The notes: a model not told the origin generated them from the sequence alone. DNA of 64,000 nucleotides from Felis catus (GCF_018350175.1 NC_058368.1:50159815-50223814), one strand, 5' to 3'; positions 25,105 through 38,959 are shown, numbered from the stretch's first letter. Translations and numbers: made by a program.

Positions 25105-25694
25105 TAGGGATATTTCTTCATGATATTTCTTGGACGACATGTATGTGGTTGAACTTAGAATACTTACCTGGAAAATCATTATTGCTCACCATCCTGTGAT
25201 TGAAAAATGCCTGCCTGTAGCATGAATGCTTTCCTTTTGGTAAGGACCAGGTGAAAGAGAAATGTACATTCCCTTTTGAAGTCTTAGAGTGTTCACTTTT
25301 GGCTTGCTTTTATTTGGCGCTTAACATCTGTCACTTTATTTTTACTCTGATGCTTTATATGTGGCGGTCATTTCCTCATGTGTGCTTTTGTGTTGCATGG
25401 ATTTGTCTGTATGGTTCCATGACATTTGAAAACATGGTTATGATGCCTCTTGGTCAAAGCTGTTAATGACAAAGTTATTGTAAGGGTATATAGCTATAAT
25501 TTGTGATATGACTGAGCCATTAAATCTTCTGCCAGGATCAACAGGAAATGAAAACTGATTCAAGGTGAAGTTGTAATCAAAGGCAACTGAGGGATACATA
25601 TTTCACCTATGGGTTTTGGCCAAAAGATTCTATAGAACTGTAAGGACACCTAAGAAAACAAAAAGGAAAGGACAATAAAGTTGATGCAAGTTTC

Positions 25695-25907
25695 TGGGGA
25701 TTTTGTCCCTAGGGGACGTTCAGCAGTGTCTGCAGACATTTCTGATGAGTTACATTGGATGGGTTGGGGATGGAGGTTTGCCACCAGCACCTAGTGCTTT
25801 TATATCCTGGGATCCTGCTAAATTGTCCTGCCAGATGCAGGACAGCCTCTTACAGTAAATAATTCTCTAGCCCAAACTATCAATAGTGCTGCTATAGGGA
25901 AACCCTG
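25695..25907. mobile_element. MER20-like hAT-Charlie DNA transposon
   Basis: gggattttgtccctagggga...caggacagcc...cccaaactatcaatagtgctgctatagggaaaccctg resembles the MER20 consensus as recalled. Confidence 0.75.
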
Positions 25908-27644
25908 ATTTAGACTATCAACCTAAAAATGAAAAGTTTCTTATATTATCATTCTAGTTTGTGGCCGTTCTAAAGCCTATTATCCAGGTTTTAGTACTGA
26001 TTATGCTTCAGAGAATTCCCACAGCACCTAATGGGAATATATTTAAAAGTGCATAAGTAAGTGTATTCCTCTCTTTCCTTGAAAGTTCAGGACTCCGGGG
26101 ACCCCAAACTTAGTATCATGGAATTTCTACTTGCTGTTTAAGGCAATCAGTGATTTTATATTTAGTAAATTTTGCTACATGTTAGTCCTTTTTGATCCCT
26201 TGCTTCTTAGATATTACTTCTTAGACTATCTCTGGTCCTTAATCTCAATTCTATGAGGTAAAGAGGTTGGTATTAGTTGCATTGTAGAGACATGAAGAGA
26301 CACAGCTATTGCAGCTTTCCTGAGGACATACATACAGCTAGTGAGTGGTAGAACCAGACTAGGACATCATTTAATAAGATAATCCATGCAGACCACTTGC
26401 CAGTGTTGCTGGCACATAGTAAGCCCTCTGAAGTTTAATGTTATGCTGTTAACTCTGATAAGGAAGGAAAGAATTCTTCATGATCTGGCTGAAAGACTTC
26501 TTTACTCAAAAAGTTCTAGATTTTATCAGTGTGGCCTGGGGTGACCTCTCTAGTCTGAAGCTGTTTGGGGAGTTAGTTTTCAAGAGATCCCATGCAGCCA
26601 TGTTTGCCTTAATAAGGATCATTGGTGTGTAGCACCTGATGGTTTTAAAATACGATCAGTATAACCTTCCCCTTTTCTCATAATAATCCCATTCTGGCTT
26701 AAGTGATGAGGACCTGAGGCTCAGAGAAACTAAGTGATGTTAGGTTAGGGTGAAAATTGGTGCCACTTCCAGGCCTGGAACCCTCACCGCAGTCTCCGGT
26801 GCTTGGTTCAGCCTGCATGGAATGTGCTCAGGCTTTATTTAGGTAACTTGACATCCTAGGGAACAAAGGGAACTCCCATTTCTGCCTTACGGAGGGATTA
26901 GTCTCCTCTACTCTGTTTGGCTCACTTGGTTCATACTGGGGGCCTCCTGGGGGCCAGGCTCTGTCTCTTAGCTCCCAGGAGGACGATGTAGCATCTGCTC
27001 ATGGTGAATGTGTTTTCTGAAAAGACACCTGTTAAGGGTTTATAGTGCAGGAGGATGAAAGCTCAAAGAACGTACATGGCCATTTCTGGGCCAGCTGAGA
27101 CCATCCACCTTCCCTCCCACTGGAAGATTATTAAAGTATTAGCATATCCATGTTTCTTCTGGAACATACATAACCTTATGTGTTGGGTATCCAGATTCCT
27201 CTCATGCCTTGGTCCTGAAAATTTTTTTCTTGCCTCTTTTTAGTGAGTCTTTTAAAGTATTAGCACAAAAAGTCTTATTCTTTGCAGTTATAACTTAATT
27301 CATACTATCAAATTCACATAAATCTGGTTTATATCTAGTCATACCTAGTTAGGTATATATTTTTAAAGATGCAATATATATAATTATATATGTATTCTGT
27401 ATGTAATTCCTTAATACTCTTTAGTAGATCCTACAATGTTTTCTTTATAAAACTTTGGGGAGGGATCTTAATTTGTTATACACATAAGAAACATTTCAAG
27501 GTTGTTTTTTTTGCTTGATTAAATATGATAAAACTTTCCTCATTCTTGCCATCGATGTTAAATGTGTGTATCCTGTGTGCCTTGTTACACATCAATGTGT
27601 TTTTCTCCAAATAACATGTGGACTCATGAGGGAGATAAGCTAAG

Positions 27645-27667
27645 CGCGCACACACACACACACACAC
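27645..27667. repeat. (CG)n(CA)n microsatellite
   Basis: cgcgcacacacacacacacacac. Confidence 0.85.
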
Positions 27668-27814
27668 CATACGCACTATAATGCTGAGTGTTAATGCCAG
27701 GAGGAACGTATAGCTAAAGCACTAGAGGAGTAGAGAGAAGGGACAGGCCACCTTTAGCATGGAAGAGGTAGGAATCATTATCAAAGTGGTAGAATATTCT
27801 GTAGAATAACACAT

Positions 27815-29330
27815 ATATGAGCACCTACCATGGGCTGGGCACTCTGCTAGGTGTAGGTGATATAGAAGCTGACAGACTAAATCCTTGCTTTATAATCTTA
27901 CAGGATGAGGCAGGTGATTTGTAAATAAACTTTTCAAATGACAGTAAATGCTATACGGAGAAATACTATGAGGAGAAATGGTGAGGAATAAGGTGACCAA
28001 GGGAGAGGGGCATTTGCTCTTTTTTATAGGGTGGTTAGGGAGGGAAATGCTGAGGTAACATTCAAACAGATGACTGGAAGTGAGAGGTAAGCCATATGGT
28101 TGGTTGAAGAGCTTTCTGGGTGGGTTGAAGAGCAAGTAGAAAAGCAAGAGGTTGAGCAAGGAAACCAGTTGGCTGGAGCAAGGTGAATGAAGGGGAACAC
28201 GGTGGGAGATGAGCACAGAGAGGTGGGCAAAATCCAGGCAATGTCCTAGATCTTAGAACAATCTGCTTTTAACTCGTGTGAGGTGGAAAGGAACAGATGG
28301 GTGCAGTGTACATGGATGTCGTGATCTGAGTGTAATTTTGAGAACATCCCTCTGGCTGTGGTATTGAGCATGTGCTATTTGGGCAGGAAGGTGTAGAAAC
28401 AGGAAGATTGATTATTGTAATAATCCAGGTGGGAGATATAATGGCTTGGATCAGGGTGGTAATGGCGGAGGTGGTGAGAAGTGGTTGTATCCTCATTATA
28501 TTTAGAAAGTAGACAGGATTTAATGATGGAATCAGTTATGATGTATTAGAGAAAGAGAGGAATCTGGGATGACTGAAAGAATTTTGGCCTATAATCTGGA
28601 GGATGGAGTTGAATTTTACCGATGAGTAGATTGTGGGGTGAATAATCATGGTTTTGGTCTGTTACAAGTCAAGTTTGAGTTGTCTGTTAGACTTTCAAGT
28701 GGAGAATGAATAGGAAGTTGCTTACACCCATCCAAAATGGAGTGTATCAGGGATCTTGAGGAATGAGTGGCATTTAAAAAAGGCATATATACTGGTGAAG
28801 GGCTTTCATGTTGGAACAGTTAAAGAAAGACTCACTGGATCTGGAGGCTGGGTGATAATTTAAGCTACTTTAAAAGTCTAGCTAAGAGCTGGCTGTGTTC
28901 TGATCTAGGGTGTTGGCAATAGAAGTGGAAAGAAAAAGACACTGAATAAGAGGACTTGATAACTAATTGAAAGTAGGGAGAAGGGAGAGGCAAAGGTGAA
29001 AAATAGTTCTTAGGTTTCAAATGTGGATGATTGGAAGCAGGTTACACCATTAACAGCCACAAGCAGAAAAGCAGGTTTGGGGACAAGATTCAGTTTGGCT
29101 ACACCAACAATAACCATGTGTTTAGTGAGTTATAGTTTACAAAATCCTTCCTGGATATTATTTCAATTGGTCCTTTTACAATTGAGGTGCCTAGGGGATA
29201 TCCATGTAGGTAACTTATTCAACAAGTAATTGGAATTGAGTAAAGGGAGGATCTGGCCCTGGGCTGTGGATTGGGAGTCATTTGCATAGAAACTAGTTGA
29301 ATTCCTGAGCTAACTAAGGGCAAGTATGTT
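27815..29330 (-). mobile_element. LINE-2 fragments (boundaries approximate)
   Basis: Antisense L2 3' end (tgagcacctaccatgggctgggcactctgctagg) followed by purine-rich L2-like body. Confidence 0.7.
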
Positions 29331-29484
29331 ACAAAAGAAATGTGGTGATAACAAAATCTTGGGGAAGGCAAAGTTTAAAGGCCCAAGAGGATGTGGAGTT
29401 ACTTAAATAACTAAAAGTAGAGTCTGTTTTAATGAAATAAAATCCAAAGTGCATTATGAAAGATCTGTGGGAAAGCACATTTTG

Positions 29485-29722
29485 TTTTTTTGTTTTTTTG
29501 TTTTTTTTAATTTTTTTTTCAACGTTTATTTATTTTTGGGACAGAGAGAGACAGAGCATGAACGGGGGAGGGGCAGAGAGAGAGGGAGACACAGAATCAG
29601 AAACAGGCTCCAGGCTCTGAGCCATCAGCCCAGAGCCTGATGCGGGGCTCAAACTCACGGACCGCGAGATCGTGACCTGGCTGAAGTCGGACACTTAACC
29701 GACTGCGCCACCCAGGCGCCCC
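29485..29722 (-). mobile_element. Young CAN-SINE with 17-bp TSD
   Basis: TSD tgggaaagcacattttg at 29468-29484 and 29724-29740. Confidence 0.97.
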
Positions 29723-30565
29723 ATGGGAAAGCACATTTTGAATACCCCACCTTCAAAAGCTCTGTCTTCTGTCTTTGATTCCAACAATATTCATACTGGA
29801 CTCCTCTCACTACCCCACTTTCCAGTGTAATTTACCATCCATTCTGTGTGTGTGTAGACAGCACACATATGCCTGTGTCTAACACCCCACTCTGTTCATT
29901 GTTTCCAATCTAGAGTGAACTGAGAGCTAATCCACAGTACATACCCATGGCAGGAATCCATATTGGGAGACCTGAAATCTGCCAAAATAAAACACAGGGC
30001 TATAGAAGTCATTCTATTATAATTGGCTGTTAGAAACTACCTGTGGTGCTTTGAGAACAAGTCCAGGGCAGTGGTAGGGTGGATCTTAGAGAATCCTTGA
30101 GAAGAAGCAACACATTTATTCAAGGTATTGAATTTGAGGAGAAAATATCAGGTAATCATTAAATTATTTAATAAGTGCCCAGAAAAGGCAGCCAAACCTT
30201 AAAAGATTATCTTTGGGGAAGACAGAAAATTACAGATGAGTGTAGTAAATATTTCTTTCTAAAGTAATCCCTTTATGCACGGGCAACTCCAAATATGAAC
30301 ATTGGATTATTTTTTAGACTCATGCAGGGTTCATTTAGCCATTTTGTAAAAGAATTCACACTTGAGTTGAGTGTTAGGCTCTTGTTTCTCGTTTTGGAAA
30401 AACACCCATTTATCTCTGTAGTGCTATTTCTGTGATATTATCAGTAAAACGTCTAGGTCGTACAGCAGAAATTTAGATGGAATTTCCAAATAAAAGCCCA
30501 ACCTTCCAGTTTTAACCCTAATCCGGTCATGTGAACCTTGGTTACCATGGGTATTTTTGTCGTAG

Positions 30566-30683
30566 GAGCAAGTCCATGAGTGATGTCAGCGCAGACGATG
30601 TTCAGAACTTGCGTCAGCTGCGTTATGAGGAGATGCAGAAAATAAAATCACAATTAAAAGAACAAGATCAGAAATGGCAAGAT
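30566..30683 (+). CDS. LMO7: LMO7 exon, 118 nt, SKSMSDVSADDVQNLRQLRYEEMQKIKSQLKEQDQKWQD
   Basis: tttgtcgtag|G AGC...GAT|gtgagt; phase 2 to 0. Confidence 0.95.
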
Positions 30684-32744
30684 GTGAGTACGTTTTATAC
30701 TGGGAGATGGGAAGACTGGGAGAATGTATTTATTTGACTCTTCCTTGCTTCTCTTAAATGAAAATCAGTATACTTGAAATGATTTTCCTTGATACAGAAT
30801 TCAGTTCTATAGAAAATGTGATCGACTTCCTTTAAAAAGATTTTACCTTTTTGACCTATTACTGTTGCCTATTTTAAAGGTCACTGTGAAAAATACAATA
30901 GGAGGTTTATTTTCTCATATTTGCTATGAGTTCTAAAAAATGTGAACCTGCTTCCTTATAGCATGGTTAACTTGTTAACTTGCTTTGGTTGGTTGAATTT
31001 GGAGTATGACTGTTATTGAAGCTTGTGAAGAGAAGAGACTTAGCTCAAAGTTTAGGGGTAGCAGAAGAGTAGGGGTCCAGAACAGTCTTGGCATTAGCAG
31101 GGAGAGATGAAGGGGGCTCTGAGAGTTAATAGAGATTTGGGGAGAAATAAGAAATGTAACTAGGAGTACTATTTGGGTTGGAAAAGTAGCTGATATGAAT
31201 CAAAATCAGATGTTTTCACAGAGCTGACCTATATCCAGATGTTTATATGGATATAGATGTAATATTTAGCTTTGTTCCTGCAGGAAAAAAGCTTGACCTT
31301 TTTTTTGAAAGAGGTAATTGTTACAAACCAAAGGAGTGTCTAGAAATACACAATAGATAATTTAAACAGAGCAAACTCAAAGGAGTTTGAGGGCAACTTT
31401 ATGGGAAGGGCAGAGTGTTAAAATGAACAAGAGGGCCAGAGATAGTAAATCTTCATTTTCAGAGAGATTAGAGTCTATGAAATGAAGAAGAACCCTCTGC
31501 CTTGGCTGACACTAAATCCCAGTGTCTCTTTTAGTTGGGAACTCGATTTAATTATCAAGAAACAGTAATTCAATGTCACTTTGCCAAAATACATGGTGGT
31601 GGTTTGGGTATGAAAATAACTATTGAGGGGTTATCCATTAAGTCAAGTCAGATGAAAATTCATGCTGATTATCTTGTAGGACTAAATGTACACTGCTTTT
31701 GTTCTTTTTGGAAGTAGTTTGTATTGGCTTCAGGCTGTTTTTAAACAGGAGTGGCCCTGTCTACTCTTAAAGGTATAAAGCAAATTTAGTTTAGTCTGAG
31801 ACCTTGTATGTGCTTCTGTTTGGACTGAAATGCCGCTAGTAATTCTTAACATGGCATTTCTCTATTTTGGAGACATAGAAAAATGTCTTAAACTCCTGAG
31901 TGTGACAACCAGCTTAGGCTGCTAGGGCTAATTTAGAAGGAAAATTAAGTTGATTGTCCTGGGGTCAGCCAGCTAGGTTAGACTTCTATTCCTGGGAATA
32001 TGGGAAACAGATACACTTGTTCCTGTGTGGTCTTCCTTATTGCCCTGTCAGTAGGGGGAGTTTACTGGCTTTGAAATCATGTACTCAAGCCTGACCTCCC
32101 CAGGAAAGCCTTTCCAACCTCTGTCCTCCCCTGCCTCAGGTACAATTGACCACTCCCTCTCCTTCAAACCCCCACCATCCTGTGCAATCCAATCATCACA
32201 TTCACTGTTGAACTTTTATTGACAAGTCTCTTTCCCTTCAAGACCAAGAGTTCCTTGAGGGGACCCACATCTTCTGCGTCTGCATGTTTGTGGTCTTCTG
32301 GATTGAGCTGGGCGTACGTTAGATGAAAGAGCGTGCAGTCCTGCTTAACCATTGCAATCCTAGCTCTGTCCCAGTTGTAGTCGTGAAATCTGCCATTTCA
32401 CATGACAGATTATTGGAGTGACATAAGAATAAATTTGAAACAGTTCCTGATATTTCTGACCTGGCACCCAATTACAAGCACTTAGCGTTCTTTGTGAAAT
32501 GATCAGGGAGGCAGGAGAAACAGTAATGGGGTCTATCTTACTAGGTCAGGTTTTTTAGACAGACACATGAGATAAAGGTTGGTACAGAAACGCCAGCTAT
32601 AAAAAGCAAAATTAGGGCACCTTGGCATCAAGTTGGAGTGAATAGTTTCAGCGATGTAATGGGATACTCTGGCAGTCTCCCACTGCTAGAAAGGGTGTGT
32701 ATGAATTCAGGTATGCCTGTGCTGATGTGATTTTCTTCTGTTAG

Positions 32745-32887
32745 GACCTTGCAAAATGGAAAGATCGTCGAAAAAGCTACACTTCAGATCTACAGAAGAA
32801 AAAAGAAGAGAGGGAAGAAATTGAAAAGCAGGCACTTGAGAAGTCTGAGAGAGGCTCGAAGACATTTAAGGAAATGCTGCAGGACAG
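32745..32887 (+). CDS. LMO7: LMO7 exon, 143 nt, DLAKWKDRRKSYTSDLQKKKEEREEIEKQ...FKEMLQD(R)
   Basis: ttctgttag|GAC...GAC AG|gtaaga; phase 0 to 2; coiled-coil-like. Confidence 0.95.
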
Positions 32888-34198
32888 GTAAGAAAGCTGA
32901 GTGCATCTCATGGTTGCAGATACCAGTGTTAGAAATCCATATTTTATGTAAGTGTAGTGTGATGGAAGGTGTATGCCAATATTAAACCATAAACAGATAG
33001 ACATTCAAGTCTCAGTATGTTGCTCTGTAAAGCAAAAGCAAAGTATTGGATTAACAAAAGAAATGGGCGCTTAATATAGTGTGCTTTACTTCCTGATTTT
33101 TACATTGTATATTCACATGTGATACTGGATGGTGTTGGCTATAATTGGTGCCGAAAATAAACTACTTTTCCTCCTTTTAAAGTGAATTTAGGAATGGAGT
33201 GGCCAAATAAAACCAGGTCCCACTCTTCCAAATTGTGTAAAATATGAAGTTCCTTTTCACGTTTTAGTGGTGCGATTAAAATTATATTTTAAAAGAAGAC
33301 AATATAAACGTAAATGGGAGGGGGTGTATTTTTGGCGTTGCAACGTGACAAGATAAAGGTCCAATTTAAACTTTCCTGTAGAGCAGTTGCTGTGAGAAAC
33401 CTTGGAATATTTCTAGGTCATGGGGAAGGCAAATATGCTTTATGGATAATGTCAAAAAGGAAATGTGCTGTCAGGTGAAATTAAACAAAACTCCTTTGTG
33501 CCCTAGAAGCCAATGGTAAACACCGTTTCTTTCACTTAAAGGCAATGCAGTTTGAAAGGTATTCCCTACTAAACAGGAGTGACAAGGATGTTTCATGAAG
33601 TTCTCTATAAATATGAATGGTGTCTTTAATCTGTAACAATTGTCCATGTGAGTTCTCTCAAGCCGTGTGAAATCATATCCTAACTTGATCTTCCTGAAGT
33701 CTGAGTCCTTTGTGGAAATCATTTATTTTTACTAAATTGTTTAAAATTGTGTACAGGGAAAAAAAAAAGCTCATAATCTTGTACAGGAAGCCACATTTTT
33801 GGAAGGTTCAGATTGGTTGTAAGTTAGTTATGTCTACAGTGTGCTAATTTGGGAAGATTTATGAACTTGTGGGTAAAGCTTTGTGAAGAATCCCTTATTA
33901 AATATCTTAATTTTCTTATTAACAACTCTTTACAATTAAAAAAAAAATCCCTCTCCAGTATTTGGAAGTATTTGAGAACCTGCTTAAAAAAAAAAAAAAA
34001 GTCCAGTTCTTACAATTTTTAAGTGTGGCACTAAAAAAATCACGTGTATTTATTCTATTACCATTGTATTGGTTATTGTGTGAAGTCGGTAGCCTTTTTA
34101 TTCTTTGTCTTACGTTCTTGCCAAAGTAACCCGTGTGTCTCTACCTCCTTGTGCTAAATGCATAACTTTATGGTTACGGTGTGCTTCTTTCTGCTAAG

Positions 34199-34631
34199 GG
34201 AATCCCGAAATCAAACATCTGCAGTTGTATCAAGAAGGAGGTTGCATTCTTCTGATGATATCTTGCATGAAGAAAAGCTTTCCCCTAGACTGACCACGTC
34301 AGAAGCAAGTTACCAGAGTGAAAGAGTAGAAGAGAAGGAAACAACGTATTCTGCAGAAGTTCCTAAGCAAGATTCTACAACTTTTGCAAAAAGAGAGGAC
34401 GCTGCAGCAGCTGAAATTCAGCTATCTTCTCAGAGCCCCATGGAAGAACAACACCCAGACGCTTTGTCTTCTCAGCATTCACCGAGTACACAAACCGAGT
34501 CGACTCGAATTTCAGCCTCTCTCCCCAGAAGTTACCAGAAAACTGATACAGCCAGGTTAACATCTGTGGTCACGCCTAGACCTTTTGGCTCTCAGGCAAG
34601 GGGAATCTCATCACTCCCGAGATCCTACACG
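34199..34631 (+). CDS. LMO7: LMO7 exon, 433 nt, ESRNQTSAVVSRRR...RGISSLPRSYT
   Basis: ctttctgctaag|G GAA...ACG|gtaaaa; ORF 34158..34739; phase 2 to 0. Confidence 0.94.
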
Positions 34632-34946
34632 GTAAAAAAAAAAAAAAAAAATGTGTTCCCAGTTCATTTAGTCTGTTCTCAGGAGCACAGTGCTGGTAAA
34701 CTTATGCAGAAGTTTGAGCTCCATTTACTTGATGTATAAAATGTACATAACTTATGTATAAAGAAATTCCAGCCGGTTTAGATTCAAAAGACATTCAATG
34801 CTTAAAATATAACAACTCTGTGGAACTATTTTAAACTTTAAAGTCAATGAAAGTAAGGCTGATAACATTTTAAAGAATGAATGAGCTCTTTCTAAGGCAG
34901 AGCATTTTTTTAGTGTTATGTTTTCTCAAATACAGCTTTTGTAAAG

Positions 34947-35026
34947 TATTAGGTTGAACTATGTGAAGATGCAAATAGTTCTTTTTGACCTACAAAACAG
35001 CAATTTCATATGGTTTAACCTGAATA
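34947..35026. mobile_element. MADE2-like mariner-derived MITE (~80 bp hairpin)
   Basis: tattaggttgaactatgtgaa ... ttcatatggtttaacctgaata terminal inverted repeats with tttttgacctacaaaa core. Confidence 0.8.
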
Positions 35027-35399
35027 TTTTCAGGTGCCTTATGAACAGCTTTCTAGTTTCCTCTGAGTACCCACTTTATTAGAATTTACTATGCTTGAAA
35101 GTGGTTATTAAAATGTATTTCATGGTTCTATTTATATTGGGATTTTTAAGAATATAGAAAATGAAGTTGTTTGCCCTGAGAATGAAGCAGTAATGCATAC
35201 CTGAAAGTGGATGTATTAATTTTAACTCTGTGTCTTGAGATCAGTGTTCAAATTCTTTCTACTTCTGCCAATATTGTATCCTAAAAGCTAAGAAAAAGCT
35301 TGAAAGAAATATTTAAGGTAAGGAAAACCTGCATAAACTAGCCAGGGAACTCCTAATCATTATATTAAGTAAAATAGAGATATATTTGGTAGCATAAAA

Positions 35400-36260
35400 A
35401 TCAAATATATATGACTCATTACTAACATATCAAAAGACAATTTAGAGAGTCAGAAAAATGTTAGATGAATTCTAGATGTAGGGTTAACATCAGTAAGATT
35501 TAATATGCTCCTACAAATGGGTAAGAAAAGATAAGCACTAGAAAAGCACAAAAAAGATAAGCACTCATGTGGAAATGAGTAACCAGTTTAAGGAAGAAGG
35601 AATTCAGATGGCTGATGACATAAAACACATTGAAGCATGTTCAACTTCATTAGAGCAAGAATGAAATGTACAGCTTTCAGTCATCAGACCGACAAAAGAT
35701 TTAAAACATTAAAAACGTCTGGTGTTGGCAAGGGTGTAGAGACACAGCCATTCTTGTACATTACATTAGGAGTGCACTGCTATAATTTTTTGAGAAGATA
35801 TATATATATAGATAGATAGATAGATATACACACACACATATATATACATATAATTTATATATTACATTAGGTTTTGTAATACTGCATTTATTATACATAA
35901 AGTATCTTTTGGTCAACAAGTATACTTTTGGAAACCTATGAAAATAAATATTCCAATTGTAATAATATGTAGGTACTTGTTGCAATAATTTTGGAGGTTA
36001 CAGAAAACTTGAAACGACATTAAATACATATCAAGTGACTAATTTGTAGATATCCCTACTATACAGCATTCAGTAATTAAAAAGTCTAGTCTAGAGATCT
36101 ATTAAACCCATCAGAATGATGTAAATGAGCAAAGAAAGTTTCAGAAGTCCGTTTTAATATCAACACTTTTGTAAAAACAAGTCCTCCTCCCAAAACATCA
36201 TTTGTCTATCCGTTAGCATGAAAGAACGTGCTCCAAGCTTTTAGCATTGGTTGCTGTGGG
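35400..36260 (+). mobile_element. Old LINE-1 (L1M-type) 3' fragment with embedded (TA)n(GATA)n(CA)n microsatellite (~35797-35850)
   Basis: A-rich L1-like phrases (ggtgttggcaagggtgtagag, attcagatggctgat); boundaries approximate. Confidence 0.6.
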
Positions 36261-36356
36261 AGGTACGTTACTTTTATAGTTTTAAAGTATTTAGTGTATG
36301 TATTTTTTAAACAGAAATCTAACAAGGCCAAGCTTAATATGATGTTTTATTTTTAG

Positions 36357-36668
36357 ATGGATGATGGCTGGAAGTATAACGGAGATGTCGAATATGTGAA
36401 GAGAACTCAGAGCAGTTTGGTCAGCACCTCTGTGCACAAACCTGACACGAGCCAGCTTGCTACCAGCAAGTCCAGTGAGAGAGAGGGAGTAGCAGTGGGA
36501 GAAGGTGTGATGCAGCTGCCCTCCCCTACCCCCTCCTTCTCATCGCTTTCCCAGGAAGAGGCTGCCACTTCTAAAGCCACACTGTCTTCACCATCTGGCC
36601 CTGACTTAATGTCTGAGCTTGGAGAAGGGGGAAGCTCACCACAGACAGAGGTCTCCAGATCCTCACAG
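36357..36668 (+). CDS. LMO7: LMO7 exon, 312 nt, MDDGWKYNGDVE...TEVSRSSQ
   Basis: tatttttag|ATG...CAG|gtgaat; phase 0-0. Confidence 0.94.
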
Positions 36669-37145
36669 GTGAATTTGGGGAGGTTCCTCGTCACCCACTG
36701 CTCTGAAACATAAGTATTTCAATCTGCAAACCATGCTTCTGACCTCTAGGCATTATTATCTGGGCTGATAATGTGGAAAACAATATTGCATTTTATTTTT
36801 AGCACATCTTGGGAAGAAGGAGGCCTCTTCCACCTTTGAGTTTATGGATCCAGATTACCCTTATGATGTGTGTGAATCGAGGCTTGCTGGACGAGTCTCT
36901 TTAGGGTTTGGCTGGTTTTACTCTCTACTCCTCATTTCAGCAACTGCTGCCTTATACTTCTAGTACTCAGCAGTCCCTGGTTCAGCTGTGGGGGTCACTT
37001 GGAAGGTTATAGATTCAGGCCTAACAGGTAAATGAGTAATAAAAGCCCTTTCTCAGGGAAATTAACTGACCACAAGGGGAAATTGGTACACATGCTACAT
37101 GCTGGTCTCTAGGGGCTTGGCATTTCTTTCCTTGTATAAACCATC

Positions 37146-37200
37146 TAGATTTAGAAAATTTAGATTTAGAAAATTGTAGATTTAGAAAATCTACAATTTT
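37146..37200. repeat. Three tandem TAGATTTAGAAAAT units fused with a 14-bp perfect inverted repeat
   Basis: Units at 37146, 37161, 37177; arms 37170-37183 and 37187-37200. Confidence 0.95.
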
Positions 37201-38959
37201 GTCCCGTTTCTTGTATCTTAAAGGGAATATTGAGGCTTAGTTACAGTAGGACAGTTGTGTTCTGTAACATTTGGAGTCCAAACAAGGTATGCCATCAGAT
37301 GAAGAATGACTGGAGGCCATTTATAGTTTTTCCTAATTAAAATCACCAAGAGAATTACTAGGTAATGAATGCAGTATGTTTTACACGTAAGTTAAAAGTT
37401 GTTGGTTGTCCAGAGAACAGAAAGCTTTTCTTTAAAAAAAGAAAACAAAACAACACCTTTGTTAAACAGTTTGATAGCTATATGAACCCCTTGGCATGGA
37501 GGAGCTTGTGTGATTCTTTGACTTGTCAGACATTCTGTGGTGCTTTACCGGAATAGATGTGTTTTCCAAGGCACAGCATCAAGTATATAACTTGGCTTAA
37601 GTTATAGTAACGAAATAACTATGTGCAATAATTGGGCCTGGTATATTTACTACAGAAAAGCTTTACAAGTTTATGTCTTCTTTTGATTTTGGAGTCCTTT
37701 GTTCTTGAGAAAATTTGGGAATGCGGGAAAGTATACATGATGAAAGCCACTGGTTGTCCCATCATTTAGAGGTAGTTGTTGTTAACATTTAGGCATATGT
37801 CTTTGTTGTTCCCATGCATGTTTACAAACATAGATCTAAAAATATTTCTTCAGCTTACAAAAATCACAAGTTGTAAATTTTTTGCTTCATTTTTAAAGAA
37901 TGGGAAAGATATCATTAGCATCATAAGTTTGAGTGGATCAGAACAATCGCCTGTGGTATATGCTCGGAGAACATAAGGTATTGGTGGGTGAATAATAAAA
38001 ACAGAAACAAGGTGTCTTTTGTTTTACGGACTTGGGACTTGCGTGTTTGCCTTCACCTTTTCAAATAGCAAACCGAACAGAACGGCCTCATTAATGTATT
38101 GTGCATGAGGGGGTAGTCACTCCCTCGGGGTGGCAGCTGCCTAGCTACATCCAGGGATTAAGAACAAGAGGCTAAGTGTGGTGTGGGGGTGTGTTCCAGG
38201 TTATTGCAGTTCAGAGGAACCTGAATTAACGTGGCATGGATCCAGGTTTCATCATTAATGGATTTATGCTCCTTTGTCTCCAAGCTTGAAATGGTATCCT
38301 ACCAAGCAAAATTAGGCTTTCCCAAATAAAGCAGTTGGAACGCTTGAACACATGTATATGTCATACGGTGACTTACCTGTCTCTGAGTTGCTTGCACTAT
38401 GAAGAAAACATCTCGGGTACCGTCACCTGCTCTTGTCACTGAGAAGGAGCTTGCTTGCCTTGGGAATAGGACAGCCAATGACTAATAAGTCAGAGGTGTT
38501 TGCAACACCCTTCCAAATGTTTGTCCAAACTCTGTAATATAGGTGTTCAGAGAATAGAAAAATCACAGATAATATGTGGGTGAACATCTAGATGTTTTGG
38601 TAGCTTTGTAAGTGTTCTTCAGGGCTTCTTTCTCCTTCTTACTCATGCTTTCACTAGTAATGTCCTTTCATTTCTTTGTTCCAGCATCTCCCACGATGTT
38701 CTTTTCTATCTTTGTTTCCACTACCCTGATTCTCAGGCCCTTTCGCCATCAGTGCAAATATTTTGTAAATAGTCACACGTATTTGTACATTCTATGCAAG
38801 CCTGATGTTAGATTGACTTGCAGGAGGCCAGGCTGCCCTTGGTAATTTCTCTGCTGCAAAGCCTCCAGTGGCACTCTGTGGTCTGTTCGGTGAAGTTCAA
38901 AGCACTCAGGAGAGCACTGTGGTCCCTCAACACTGGTCCCCAACTCCCTTTATAGTGCT

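Noticed and set aside
33336..33356. CGTTGCAACG palindrome next to AGATAA
   Set aside because: Short motifs expected by chance; no independent enhancer evidence from sequence alone
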